A stretch of DNA of 64,000 nt from Octopus vulgaris (taxonomy: Eukaryota). Of the stretch, positions 51,725 through 64,000 are shown in pieces. The notes under the pieces were generated by a model. It saw nothing but the letters and a program-made list of their open reading frames with translations. It was not told the origin of the DNA and did no database searches. Every line of letters starts with the position of its first letter. The first letter of the stretch is position 1. The position numbers were made by a program, and so were the translations under genes. The stretch is from positions 19,096,001 through 19,160,000 of the forward strand of contig OX597829.1 in the NCBI GenBank assembly GCA_951406725.2. The letters run 5' to 3'.

Positions 51725-53130
51725 GATACACGAAGCATTAGCAACAAGTGTAACAAACAGCAACCGAAAAATAAAAGGAAAAAAAATAAATATTAGGCTT
51801 CTTTTTCAATTAGATAATAGGATCCTTCTATTCTCTGGCTTTTCTGAAACTTTATGTTAAGTTAAACAAATAGGAGAGAAAAAGAAGAAAAAGAAAAAAA
51901 AAAAAAAAAGGAAACGAAGAAGAGAGGAGAAAACGAAAGTGAAAGTACATGAGAGGCAAACGGGCTGAAATGAACGACGAAACAATAGATGAGAGAAAAT
52001 AGAAAAGCGGTAACGAAAGAAATATACATAGGTTTTTCTTTGATCTATAAATAACATATTTAAAAGAACTTAATTTCTTACTTTTTATTTATTTTTTTTT
52101 AGATAGTGTTTTTGTGCAGATATACAAAACAAATATGAAAGCTATCAGTAATTTTACGAAACATCAACAAAAAGAGACGTAGGTTCAATTTTCACTAGGT
52201 CCTCGCATTTTATTGATTTTTCTTTTTTCACGCTGGTTTTATGTAGCTACACAAGAAAAATTAAAAAGGGAAAAGGATAAATAAAAAAAACCCTTATATA
52301 ATGTAAATACATATTTCCCGTTAAATCTTCTTTATCTATTTTGAAAGAAAAAACTAAACAGATATAATAAATTCGATTAATTTCTTTTCTTTCTCGTAGA
52401 TTCTTTAAAATTAACATTAAATTCTGGTTGATCATTTAAAAATCACCTTTGACACTATAATTAACATATCGGAAATCCAAATTTCATTCATTCATACAAC
52501 TTGAGTAAAATGGCTTTTTTGATCTAAAGCAGTGTCACTTAAAAGCTTTTTTGCACAGAGATTTTCTTAAGCTTTTAAACTCTGCAAAATTGCAAAACAG
52601 AAAAATTTAAGATAGAAAATGTTATTATATTTCAATGGCAAACGAAGCTAAAAAAAAAAAAAAAGGAAAATTGATATATTTTTGTTCCGTTATCCGAATT
52701 TTCGGAGTTCTGATCCCATCGTGGTCATCTACGCCAGCTCCATCGCGTGACTTTTAGAGCGCCCCCCCCCACACCACTTGGAACTTTTTGTTTCAAGGCC
52801 CCCATCCCTTCAATCAAGATTCATAATCTACGCATTCATAGCTATATTTTACTTTATTTTATCTGAAGTTCAATATTCCACATTATCCCAAAGAACATCT
52901 TTTAAAGTACAACTTTAATTTATTTAGGTCCGTTACAAATTTCAATAAGAAATACTTGCAGATATGAATAAAAGAACACTTTTATAATCCAGGCAACTTT
53001 CAAAGACAAACACCGCGCATTTTTCGCTTCGCGAAATCATCGATCAGTTCAGAATAATCAAGAGAGTTAAGTTCATGTTCAATTGATATAGACAATCCCA
53101 AAAGCCTGATAACATGTTCGTAGTACAATA

Positions 53131-53523
53131 CTCTTTTACTCTTTTACATGTTTCAGTCATTTGACTGCGGCCATGCTGGAGCACCGCCTTTAGTCGAGCA
53201 AATCGACCCCGGGACTTATTCTTTGTAAGCCCAGTACTTATTCTATCGGTCTCTTTTGCCGAACCGCTAAGTTACGGGGACGTAAACACACCAGCATCGG
53301 TTGTCAAGCAATGCTAGGGGTACAAACACAGACACACAAACACATACATATACATATATATACGACAGGCTTCTTTCAGTTTCTGTCTACCAAATCCACT
53401 CACAAGGCATTGGTCGGCCCGGGGCTATAGCAGAAGACACCTGCCCAAGATGCCACGCAGTGGGACTGAACCCGGAACCATGTGGTTGGTTAGCAAGCTA
53501 CTTACCACACAGCCACTCCTGCG
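53131..53523 (-). mobile_element. SINE family A (young)
   Basis: Full copy with CpGs intact. Confidence 0.92.
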
Positions 53524-54169
53524 ACAATGTGATATTTTTACAAGAACTTTTGCAGGAATAATGTATTGCCATTTTATTTCTTGAAATTTTCAGTTAACAG
53601 TTAATTCTTGTTCAAAATTTTAACCAACGTAAATAGATGACTCATCTACGTACTTTGATCTTAACAAGGCGCCCCTCAACCGTGGAGACACACCCCCCCC
53701 TGCGACCGCAGGGATTGCAGGGGCTTAGCGACGGCCTTGATCTATGCTTCTCATCCCTCTGGAGTTGATGAAAATAAATTAAACAGTCAATTAATTGAAG
53801 TCAGTATAATCGATTGTTGTCTGTGCCAACAAACAAAGGACTACCATGATTAAATAAGTCCCCAAAATCCCCACTTGTCCTGTGGGGTTCTGGTAACAAA
53901 TGGAATGACATCCCAACACGACGTTGGGGTTCTGGCAACGAACAGAATGAACATTGCCGCTGGATTATACTGACCTCTAAATATTGATTTCAAATATTGA
54001 CATAAGACCAGCAATTTCGGTGTGTGTGGGGGCGGGGAGTCGATTACATCGACCCTAGTGTATAACTGGTACTATTTTATCGATCCTGAAAGGATGTTAG
54101 GCTACGTCACCCCTGATGGTATTTGAACTCAGCTGTCATCTAAATATTAACATCCTGTATTACTCCTTT

Positions 54170-54440
54170 TATTTTTTATCGTTTACTTGTTTCAGTCATT
54201 AAACCGCGGCCATGCTGGGGCACCACCTTGAAGAATTCTTAGTTGAATGAACCAGCTTCTCTTTTTTGTTTTTTTTTGTTTTTTAAATCTGGTACTCATT
54301 CTGTCGGTCTATTCTGTTGAATCACTAAGTTACGGGAACGTAAACATACCAAAATCAATCATCAAGCAGTGGTGAAGGACAGACACAGACATAAACACAC
54401 ACACACACACACACACACAGATAGACAGATAGATATTTAG

Positions 54441-54533
<93 letters not shown>

Positions 54534-54610
54534 CCACGGGTTTCTTTCAGCTTCCCCTCTACCATCAGGCTGGGAAGCAAACTTTTTACCACACACCCAC
54601 GCCTGTGCCT
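54170..54610 (-). mobile_element. SINE family A variant with (GATA)n core
   Basis: Tail and head recognisable; internal deletion. Confidence 0.75.
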
Positions 54611-54809
54611 TTACTGTTAAAACACACACATACACACACACCTACCTATCCACACGCGCGTACATCCATCTACATGCATATACACGTGTTTATTTTCTCT
54701 TTTAATGTTTGCCTGCTTCTCTCTCCATCCGTCCGTCTATCCGTCTGTCTGTCTATCTGTCTGTCTGTCTGTCAGAGAGTTGCTTATTTGCAAAAAAAAT
54801 ATATATATA

Positions 54810-55136
54810 ACATGTGACTTCATTGACCGAGGTTACCGTGGTCTTTTCCGTAGGCTTTTCTTTCCACGGGTAAACCTCACCTGTCCTCCCCTTTACACTT
54901 CATATTGACATTTCTGTGATAACGATCCCTATTGATCAATTTTTTTTCCTTTCCCTTTTTTCCTCCCCCCCTTTTTAAAAATTTTATTTTATTCCCCCCT
55001 TTTTTGTCCTCTTTCTTTCCATTTACGATCCCTTTTGATCGAAAACCAAACCCCCTTCTTTTACCCCCAGAAGAAAAGCTCTACCTTGTAATTTTGTCCT
55101 GTCTGTGTGCAGCCCTGTGTGGCTAATAAAGAAACA
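54810..55136 (+). mobile_element. Possible LINE 3' UTR fragment
   Basis: Pyrimidine-rich segment ending gtggctaataaagaaa, set in a microsatellite; no ORF support. Confidence 0.35.
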
Positions 55137-55154
55137 TATCTACCTATCTCTCTG

Positions 55155-55206
<52 letters not shown>

Positions 55207-55219
55207 CATCCGTCCATCC

Positions 55220-55290
<71 letters not shown>

Positions 55291-56049
55291 CATCCGTCCG
55301 TCCGTCTGTCCGTCCATCCATCCATCCATCTATCTATTCCTGTCGCTCTAAAAGCAAACCCACTCCAAGTGGAGTAAAGTAAAAGAAAAAAAAAAGAGAA
55401 AGAAAATTAATAAATTTGAAATAGCTTTCCGGTAATCTGAAAGAGCGAGGATCGTTAAAAACAATTGGCTTTTGCAGGTTTAATTAACTAAAGAAGCAAG
55501 TTTAATTAGCTAAACAAACGAACGCGGGAACTTCTATGTTGTAGGTCAACCTACTAGAAAGAGTGGTCAATTCCCCCCACATCACACCCATCCTGCTGTC
55601 TTAAAATAAAGGTGGGGAGGGTTGGAAGATAAAAGACTTATTATAATGTGATCCTCAGAGGCCCGAGAAATTGAGATGGTCGTGGGTTGATTGTCTTTGA
55701 TCATACGTCTGTTGGATTCAGCTACAGCAGCAGCAGCGACGACGTCATCCTCCTCATCGTCGTCGTCGTCGTCATGATGAGCAGCAGCAGCATTATCGAT
55801 TAGACAATGACTGTTGACGATGTAGTTGATGTTCAAATTATATGAAAACTACGTGAGTGAATTAGCTTACCTTTAAAGGACGAGGAGCGAGCTAACAAGG
55901 GTGGCCTTTATAGCGTCACTCACTTTATGTGAAATAGCAGCCAAATCTCTCTCTCTCTCTCTCCCTCTTTCTCTTTCCTTCTTCATGGAACCTTAACCAT
56001 CTTTAAAAAATGGTTAAAGACACATCAGATAATGAATCCCCACCACCAT

Positions 56050-56225
56050 CAATAAGAGATTGGATGGTCTCAGCTGGAATGCCCTTGACTAAGAGATCTA
56101 ATGTATCAAAACTGACTACCTGGGGTTAAATAACAACTAATAAGAGATTGGACAGTCACAGCTGGAATGCCCTTGATTAGAGATCTAGACAGACTCAAGA
56201 CTGACTACCTGGGGTTAAACAACAA
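56050..56225. repeat. Direct duplication of about 88 bp
   Basis: aataagagattgga..cagctggaatgcccttga..actgactacctggggttaaa occurs twice. Confidence 0.85.
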
Positions 56226-57076
56226 GGATACTAAGTAACAACTCCAATGAAAGAAATGGTTTCTCAGCAATAAATCTTAAGTTTAAGGTATTTGGATTAA
56301 TCTTTCCTCCATGGTGTATTAATTTGATGCTCAGGAAGAGAGGAAAGATTTTTAACATTTCAAGTCTATGCTCTTCAACAGAAAGAGATGAGAGGGAAAC
56401 AAATGGAGAGAGAAGAAATGTGTTGGGATTAACAGTTTAACATGATGAAAGAAGCTGAGTGAAAGGGATTTTCTTTTTAGTTGTCTCATCGAAGTGTACA
56501 TCTTCTACATAATTTCTGGCTACCAAATTTCACTGACAAGACATTAGTCAATGTAATGACAGGCATGTAGTTGTTAATATTAAACCCAGGGCAAGCAAAA
56601 AAGATTCTAGAAACAGCAGCATAAATCCCCTCAAATTATACCCCTCCCCTCGATCCTTAAAAAGACAGTGGGAGAGAGAAAGTGATGAGAGAGAGAGAGA
56701 GAAGTTGGATAATGCAGGCTTAAATAGACAACACCTGAAAGAAGGGTGGAGTGCTCACGAGCACATCTGATCACAGGTCTGTTCAGTCACAGCCAATCTA
56801 AGGCAAGGAGGAGAAGCAGGATCCCCAGTCCAGTCACATTTGAACCGGTGCAAGACATGAAGGTCAGATGATAATGAATGAGGAGACAATGCAAGTGTTT
56901 ACCATTTCTGCCCGACCTTTAGGGACAGCTTTCTCTCAGTTCATTCGCAGGTGAGGCTAGCCACCTTGCTTATCACCTTGTTTCAGTTCTTCTCACTTAG
57001 GTTACTCGACCAAACCATACTGCCAGTTGTTTAACCAGTCCATCCATCTAGCATCCCATAATACTGCTGTATGGAA

Positions 57077-57485
57077 GGCGGCGAGCTGGCAGAATCATTA
57101 GCACGCCGGGCGAAATGCGCAGCCGTATTTCGTCTGCCGTTACGTTGTGAGTTCAAATTCCGCCGAGGTCGACTTTGCCTTTCATCCTTTCGGGGTCGAT
57201 AAATTCAGTACCAGTTACGCACTGGGGTCAATGTAATCGACTTAATACCTATGTCTGTCCTTGTTTGTCCTCTCTGTGTTGAGCCCCTTGTGGGTAATAA
57301 AGAAATAGGTATTTCATCTGTCACTACGTTCTGAGTTCAAATTTCGCCAAGGTCAACTTTGCCTTTCATCCTTTCGGGGTCGATTAAATAGGTACCAGTT
57401 ATGCACTGGGGTCAATGTAATCGACTTAGTCCTTTTGTTTGTCATTTGTCCCCTCTATGTTTAGCCCCTTGTGAGCAATAAAGAA
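57077..57485 (+). mobile_element. Dimeric SINE family B with 15-bp TSD
   Basis: aatactgctgtatgg (57060) / aatactgctgcatgg (57489); second partial unit from about 57309. Confidence 0.9.
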
Positions 57486-57659
57486 TTAAATACTGCTGCA
57501 TGGCTTGAACCTGCCTCTCCAGGTGCCATGCTGCCGGCTCACAGACATTTCTTGGTTGATTTTTGTCCCTGTTACTGCCTTGTCTTCCCTTAGAGAAGTG
57601 CCAATCACCTCTATGTCTTTGGTGTCTGATAAAATGGTGGTAATATTGTCTGCAGTTGT

Positions 57660-57951
57660 TTAAACTGCCAGTTGTTTAACCAGTCCATCCATCTAGCATC
57701 CCATACTGCTGTATGGAAGGCGGCGAGCTGGCAGAAACATTAGCACACCGGGCGAAATGCTTAGCGGTATTTCGTCTGCCGTTACGTTGTGAGTTCAAAT
57801 TCCGCCGAGGTCAACTTTGCCTTTCATCCTTTCGGGGTCGATAAATTAAGTACCAGTTACGCACTGGGGTCCATGTAATCGACTTAATACCTATATCTGT
57901 CCTTGTTTGTCCCCTCTGTGTTTAGCCCCTTGTGGGTAATAAAGAAATAGA
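57660..57951 (+). mobile_element. SINE family B copy carrying ~55 bp of the neighbouring copy's 5' flank
   Basis: 57664-57718 matches 57019-57076; the whole unit lies between taatattgtctgcagttgt / taatgttgtctgcagatgt. Confidence 0.85.
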
Positions 57952-58504
57952 TAATGTTGTCTGCAGATGTCAATAAGGTTTTTCTACATCTTAGTTTTCA
58001 TGGGACATTTTCAACATCTTAATGGTTTCAAACTTTGGCACAAGGCCAGCAATTTCGTTGGAAGAGGTTTAGTTGATTATATTAACCCCAGTGTTCAACA
58101 TGTACCTATTTTATCGACCCTGAAAGGACGAAAAAACAAAGTTGACCTTGGTAGTATTTGAACTCAGAACATCCAGAACCAGAAGAAATGCCAGAATGCA
58201 TTTTGTCGAACATGCTAGCAATTTTGCAAATACACCACCTTAATTTATAACAATTATAATTGTTTCCAATTCAGACACAAGGCCAGCAATGCTATTAAAA
58301 CCCCACCGCCACTCAGTACTTGCTTGGTACTTTATCTTATTCCCCTTCAAGCGGAATAGAATTACTAAAATGTAAAGTTAACATACAGGCCAGATTCCAC
58401 TCTTTCTCTCTCTCCCTCCCCCCCCTCTCTCTCTCTCTCTCTCTCTCACCTTCCACCTATCCCTCCTCCCATTCAAACACAAGCTCATCTACAAATTCTG
58501 GTTC

Positions 58505-58700
58505 CTGTTTCCTGTTTTCGCAACCACTGATACTGTCTTTGCTTTCAAAAGGATAGGGTTCTCAGTAACCTCCCAGTTAGAAGCCCCATAACATGCAGCC
58601 ATGCACGAGCAGGCACTTTTAAATGTACTCGCCAAAGATGTAACACCTGTCCTCACATTATCCAACACCACAACCATTATCAGATCCAAATCACAACAGA
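58505..58700 (+). mobile_element. Decayed PLE linker fragment
   Basis: FSQPLILS..FKR/DRVLSNLPVRS..AGTFKCTRQRCNTCPHI matches the PLE GTFxCxRxRCxTCPHI Cys linker. Confidence 0.7.
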
Positions 58701-59539
58701 ACCACACTACCCCAAACCTTCTGTTGTAGTTAATATTAAACCCAGAATTAAACGGTTTGCAAAGCAACAATCCTAACCACACAGCAACTTCGAATCCATA
58801 AGCCATGCCCACTTGAAAACCGTTCAATCAACTTCCTCTTTAACACAGATCTACTCGAGTTATCGTCATAATGACAAAAGCTATTAAACAATAACAACTC
58901 ATAGAATAATTGAAAATTTTCAGAATCCTTCAACCCATAAAAAGACAAAAAAAGTAAATGGATATGGAAGGTGCCAAATAAAAACAAACTGTAAATAAAT
59001 AAACGAATATATTTATAAAACATAATAAAAATAAAGAATTATGAAAAATGTTTCAAAAACAAAGCAAAAAAAACAAAAAACAGAGGGGAATAAAGAACAA
59101 AGAAGGAAAAGATAGTTATTTCAAAGAATTGAGTAAAATAGCTTAAGGTATCATCAATTTCTATTTTCAATTGACAAAGAAAGAGAATCACACCCATCTA
59201 TACACATCCCACCCCACCGACTTAACTACCACCACCGCCACAGACAAAAGTAGTTGGCAGAAACAAATAACAACTACATAAACAACAAAAGCATAAAAAA
59301 AAACAAAACAACAAAGACAAAAACAATAGCAACGAAAAGAAAGAAGAAAAAACATCGAAAACGAAACGAAACGAAACTACAAAACAAGACAAAACCAAAA
59401 ACATACCAAAAAAAAAAAAATTTACAAACAAAAAAACCTACTTCCACTTCATAGGATTTCTTTGGGGGCAACACACAGCGTATAAAAATTTGCCGATATT
59501 ATTAACACATGTCATTTACATCTTGTGGGCCATTTTGCA

Positions 59540-59543
59540 AAGA

Positions 59544-59575
<32 letters not shown>

Positions 59576-59673
59576 AACTACTACTACTACTACTACAAAC
59601 TTTGGAAATGTAGTAGTTGTATGGTGGTGGTGGTGGTGGTGGTGGTGGGATCTCGGTAATGGAAGCAGTGTTG

Positions 59674-59715
<42 letters not shown>

Positions 59716-59829
59716 ACAGCAGCAGCAGTAGGAGTGGTGGCAGTCAGTAGTGATGATGATAATGATGATGATGATGGTGGTGGTGGTAGTATCACCTGTA
59801 GTGGTGGCTGTGGTGTTGTTGCTAGTCTT

Positions 59830-59860
<31 letters not shown>

Positions 59861-59877
59861 GTAGTAGTAGTAGTAGC

Positions 59878-59917
<40 letters not shown>

Positions 59918-59920
59918 ATA
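59540..59920. repeat. Compound CTA/GGT/AGT/GAT/CAG microsatellites
   Basis: Directly visible. Confidence 0.95.
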
Positions 59921-60169
59921 ACAGTATTCTTCAGATAATTTCTTCTCTAAACTGACAAGAAATGTCTGTTTTTGTTTTTCTTTTCTCCATGAAGCCACAT
60001 GTGAAATTTTCATTATAGAAAATAACAAAACAAAATAAAATATGAAACAAAAAGATACCACAAAAACGTAAAAAAAAAAATTGGTAAACAAAAAACCACC
60101 AAAAAAAAGAAAACTAGGCACCTTTCATATCATTTAAAATATTTTTTATTGGCTTTTATATATAATGCC

Positions 60170-60280
<111 letters not shown>

Positions 60281-60594
60281 GTGTGTGTGTGCATATGTAT
60301 ACATTTTTTTACTTGGCATTCTTTTACCTGGAAAGAAACTATAAATATTGTGTTATCATATTTTTGCTCTTTCTTTCTTTCTTTCTCTTTTTCTTTCTTT
60401 CTTTTCTTTGCTTTTCGTTTACTTTTTCTGTATCTTCCATATCTTAGCTTTAATCTCTTTCATTCATGTACACGCACACACAAATGCACACACACATACA
60501 CACACACACACATACATACACACACGTGTGCACATATGTGCGTATACTCAAACATATATAGAAATGCACACACACACACATATATATACACACA

Positions 60595-60638
<44 letters not shown>

Positions 60639-60756
60639 CCATGCATATATGCATACGCATACACATGTAAAGATACAAATAACTAATTTACATATAAATA
60701 CACATAAGTTCACACAAATACATATTCACATGCATAATTACAAACACACACACACA

Positions 60757-60825
<69 letters not shown>

Positions 60826-61171
60826 GCACACACTAGTGAGCCTTCCGGCCTTCAACCCGGTCTGTACAAATGTTGCAAAGATTTCACTTGCTTCTATCGT
60901 AATGCCCATTTTCCTTACAATAAAAGTTGTTAAAAGGTATTTAAATATTGCATAACATAATTTCAAAAATTTATTTAGAATATCTAAATATGGAAAGTAA
61001 TGCAGATAATAATAGAGAAATATATTGTACATAAATTATAAAACATTTACAGAACTTCAGTATATACAATGTTTTAATTTTTTTCCTCTTTTGAGCATAT
61101 ATGAAGAATTTCTGTGGGTTCCCACTCTAGAGCAACCTACATACAAATTCACCGTGTGAGAAACAGCACTC

Positions 61172-61589
61172 GGATCTTTTCGGTTTGAATGGCAGTTTTT
61201 TAAAATAATTTCCACGTAACTAAACACTTTTAAACTTTGTATACTGGTAGAATGTGTTTATAAACCATCTTTTTCTCTTGGCTTTATTGAGAAAATTCTA
61301 TAGTTTGTAAGATATCTTCTTCAATTTCTGCAATTTCAACCAATCAATGACGTCTATTGACGTCATTGATTGGTTGAAAACATTCTGTGCCATGTGAATA
61401 TGTCCCTCGTTTAAGAAACAGATTGGGTTTATTTACATTTCTGAAGAAAAAAAAGATACCCTTCTCCCCACCCCTAACCCTAACCCTAAAACAGATTGAA
61501 ATGCAATAGATCGATACTAGGGTCATAATTATGTGTGACAATTTCATATGACACCGCTAGAAAAACTGCCGTTCAAACCGAAAAGATCC
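61172..61589. mobile_element. MITE with GGATCTTT ends, ~30-bp TIRs and 8-bp TSD, related to 50459-50840
   Basis: TIR ggatcttttcggtttgaatggcagtttt / aaaactgccgttcaaaccgaaaagatcc; TSD cagcactc / cagtactc; internal (ccctaa)3. Confidence 0.9.
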
Positions 61590-62431
61590 CAGTACTCTTC
61601 TAGATGGAGACAGACAACCTGCAATGTTTGACCATGGGACTTGTTAATGGTCATTGTGTAACTGACTTTGATTCTCACTGGGAATTGCAATTGTTTGAAA
61701 TGAAAAGGAACATCTTTTGGTATTATTGGTATTCTAGGTATAAATACGGTGTCTTCCTTACCACATCAAGTAAGGATTTTTGCTTTGGTAATAATGTGAG
61801 GCTGTAGGTCAGCCACAACCAAACGTGAACCATTGCACAATCATGGCTGATTCTGGATTCTGAGAAGCATGATAACTGCGCCCTTCTTCAATTCAAGGTT
61901 GTATGACAGCATACCGGATAGTTTCAGACTGTCGAGGAATTCAACAGGATAACAAACAGTATCATCCTCTTCACCTTAAAACCTTTTCCATCTGTGTCAT
62001 GTATATTTTCTCTAGAGGAAAAAAAAAAGGTAGAGGTAGTGAGAGAGACACACACAAATATACAACCAGAGAGAGAGACAGGGGAAGATAATAAGAGATA
62101 GAGACAGACGGATATATAGACAGAGAGAAAGCAGAGGTCCGACATCCCACTTGTTTTTTCTCTGTAACCTCCTTTATCTTCTTCTTACATGTTTTGTCTC
62201 TAAAGAGAAAAAGGTAGTGAGAGAGACACACGCACATATACAACCAGAGAGAGAGAGTAGGATGTAGTGAGAGGAATATAGAGACAGAGAGAAAGAAGAG
62301 TCTGGTGGTGACTTCAAAAGAATAAATGTAATGTACAAAGTTATAGAAAGTTGGAGGTGGGTTGAGTGACAGGTGGAGTATTTTTTTTTTCACTCTGTAA
62401 AAAGCATCATGGTGAAATAGTCAGTATGTAG

Positions 62432-62615
62432 ATAGTTAGTTAGTTAGTTAGTTAGTTAATTTGGCTCAAAAGCAAATAGCAAGGCCATGTAGGGGGACAT
62501 GGAGTTAAGTACAGGGTGGTGTTCATGTAAAGAGTTCAGGCCACTTGAGGTCAAGGGAGGCTTTGAACAAAGCGGTTGTCGGCATCTTCACCATCTCGTC
62601 TGGCAGCTTGTTCCA
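62432..62615 (-). mobile_element. CR1-type LINE extreme 3' end
   Basis: WNKLPDEMVKMPTTALFKASLDLKWPELFT*, short UTR, (TAAC)n tail. Confidence 0.85.
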
Positions 62616-62639
62616 TCTATCTATCTATCTCCTTTATTT

Positions 62640-62804
<165 letters not shown>

Positions 62805-63183
62805 TACATACATACATATTTAAATACATACATTCATATATGCATGTTAGCTGGTAAGATTCACATTTTCCATTTTGCATAATATTGTTAAATAGAAAAC
62901 TAGACCGTGTTTTTCCCTTTCTTTTAATTGTATATTTCCTCCTACAATAGATGGTATCACAATATCCAGTATCCTGGATATTGTGATATCATCTTCATTA
63001 ATAACACTCAAGAGATATTTCAAATGTTTCGTGCACATGCACACAAACACACACAAGCATACAAGCACACAAACACACACGTGCATTGCACATATACATC
63101 TATAAATTATTTACTTGCTAATAACACTTGAGATGCTTTGAAATGTTTTCCTTACATATATACACACACATATAATATATAAA

Positions 63184-63236
<53 letters not shown>

Positions 63237-63312
63237 TATTCACACGCACACACATATATATATATGGAATACACAGTGTTCCAGAAATATATAAAATGCA
63301 TTTAATGTAGTT

Positions 63313-63505
63313 ACTCTTTACTCTTTTACTTGTTTCAGTCATTTGACTGCAGCCATGCTGGAGCACCACCTTTAGTCGAGCAGATCAACCCCGGGACTTA
63401 TTCTTTGTAAGCCCAGTACTTATTCTATCGGTCTCTCTTGCCGAACCGCTAATTCACGGGGACGTAAACACACCAGCATCGGTTGTCAAGCAATGCTAAT
63501 GGGGA

Positions 63506-63596
<91 letters not shown>

Positions 63597-63732
63597 ACAG
63601 GCTTCTTTCAGTTTCCGTCTACCAAATCCACTCACAAGGCATTGGTTGGCCCGGGGCTATAGCAGAAGACACTCACCCAAGATGCCACGCAGTGGGACTG
63701 AATCCGGAACCATGTGGTTGGTTAGCAAGCTA
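63313..63732 (-). mobile_element. SINE family A (5'-clipped)
   Basis: Tail ctcttttactcttttac through the B-box region. Confidence 0.88.
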
Positions 63733-64000
63733 CCCCTATAATTTATAATTGTATGCTGTGGGAAATATAGTTTTAAATACATCTTAGTATTCTTTTCATT
63801 CACAGAGCAATATGAAGTTTATGCTGATATAAGGCTGGTTGCCCACTCATTAACTTCTCAGCGCTATCACCTGTCTCCCTTCAAAGAAAACTTGAATCTG
63901 TCTCTTTATGATTATTCTAGAATTACAAACTATAGGCTAACTTCGCATTCACTTTATCTATTTATGTGTGTGTGCATGTGTGCATGTACACACACGCACA

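Noticed and set aside
58489-58827. 112-aa minus-strand ORF as a host exon
   Set aside because: The plus strand carries a recognisable PLE Cys linker (GTFKCTRQRCNTCPHI), so the minus ORF is probably its shadow.
61471-61488. Telomere or chromosome-fusion relic
   Set aside because: Only three hexamers, internal to a TSD-bounded MITE.

Overview
AT-rich, microsatellite-dense animal DNA, most likely octopus/coleoid cephalopod (inferred from a cytochrome b NUMT that reads in the invertebrate mitochondrial code and from the tRNA-derived SINE families). Most of the window is transposon-derived: dozens of copies of three SINE families, RTE and CR1-type LINE remnants, at least five Penelope-like element (PLE) loci, one near full-length decayed mariner, hAT, piggyBac-like and GG-ended MITEs, and two tandem arrays (132 bp and 26 bp) that appear to derive from transposon sequence. 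Nearly all ORF-track entries are microsatellite artefacts. Host-gene signal is limited to a few unidentified candidate exons. The most notable pattern is a set of seven minimal type I hammerhead-ribozyme (HHR) motifs in PLE-associated ends. Two unrelated copies carry the compensatory U3:A8 core (UUGAAAA). Three PLE loci show a 5'-truncated body with an inverted HHR-bearing end. All coordinates and pairings were read by eye; no searches or folding programs were run.
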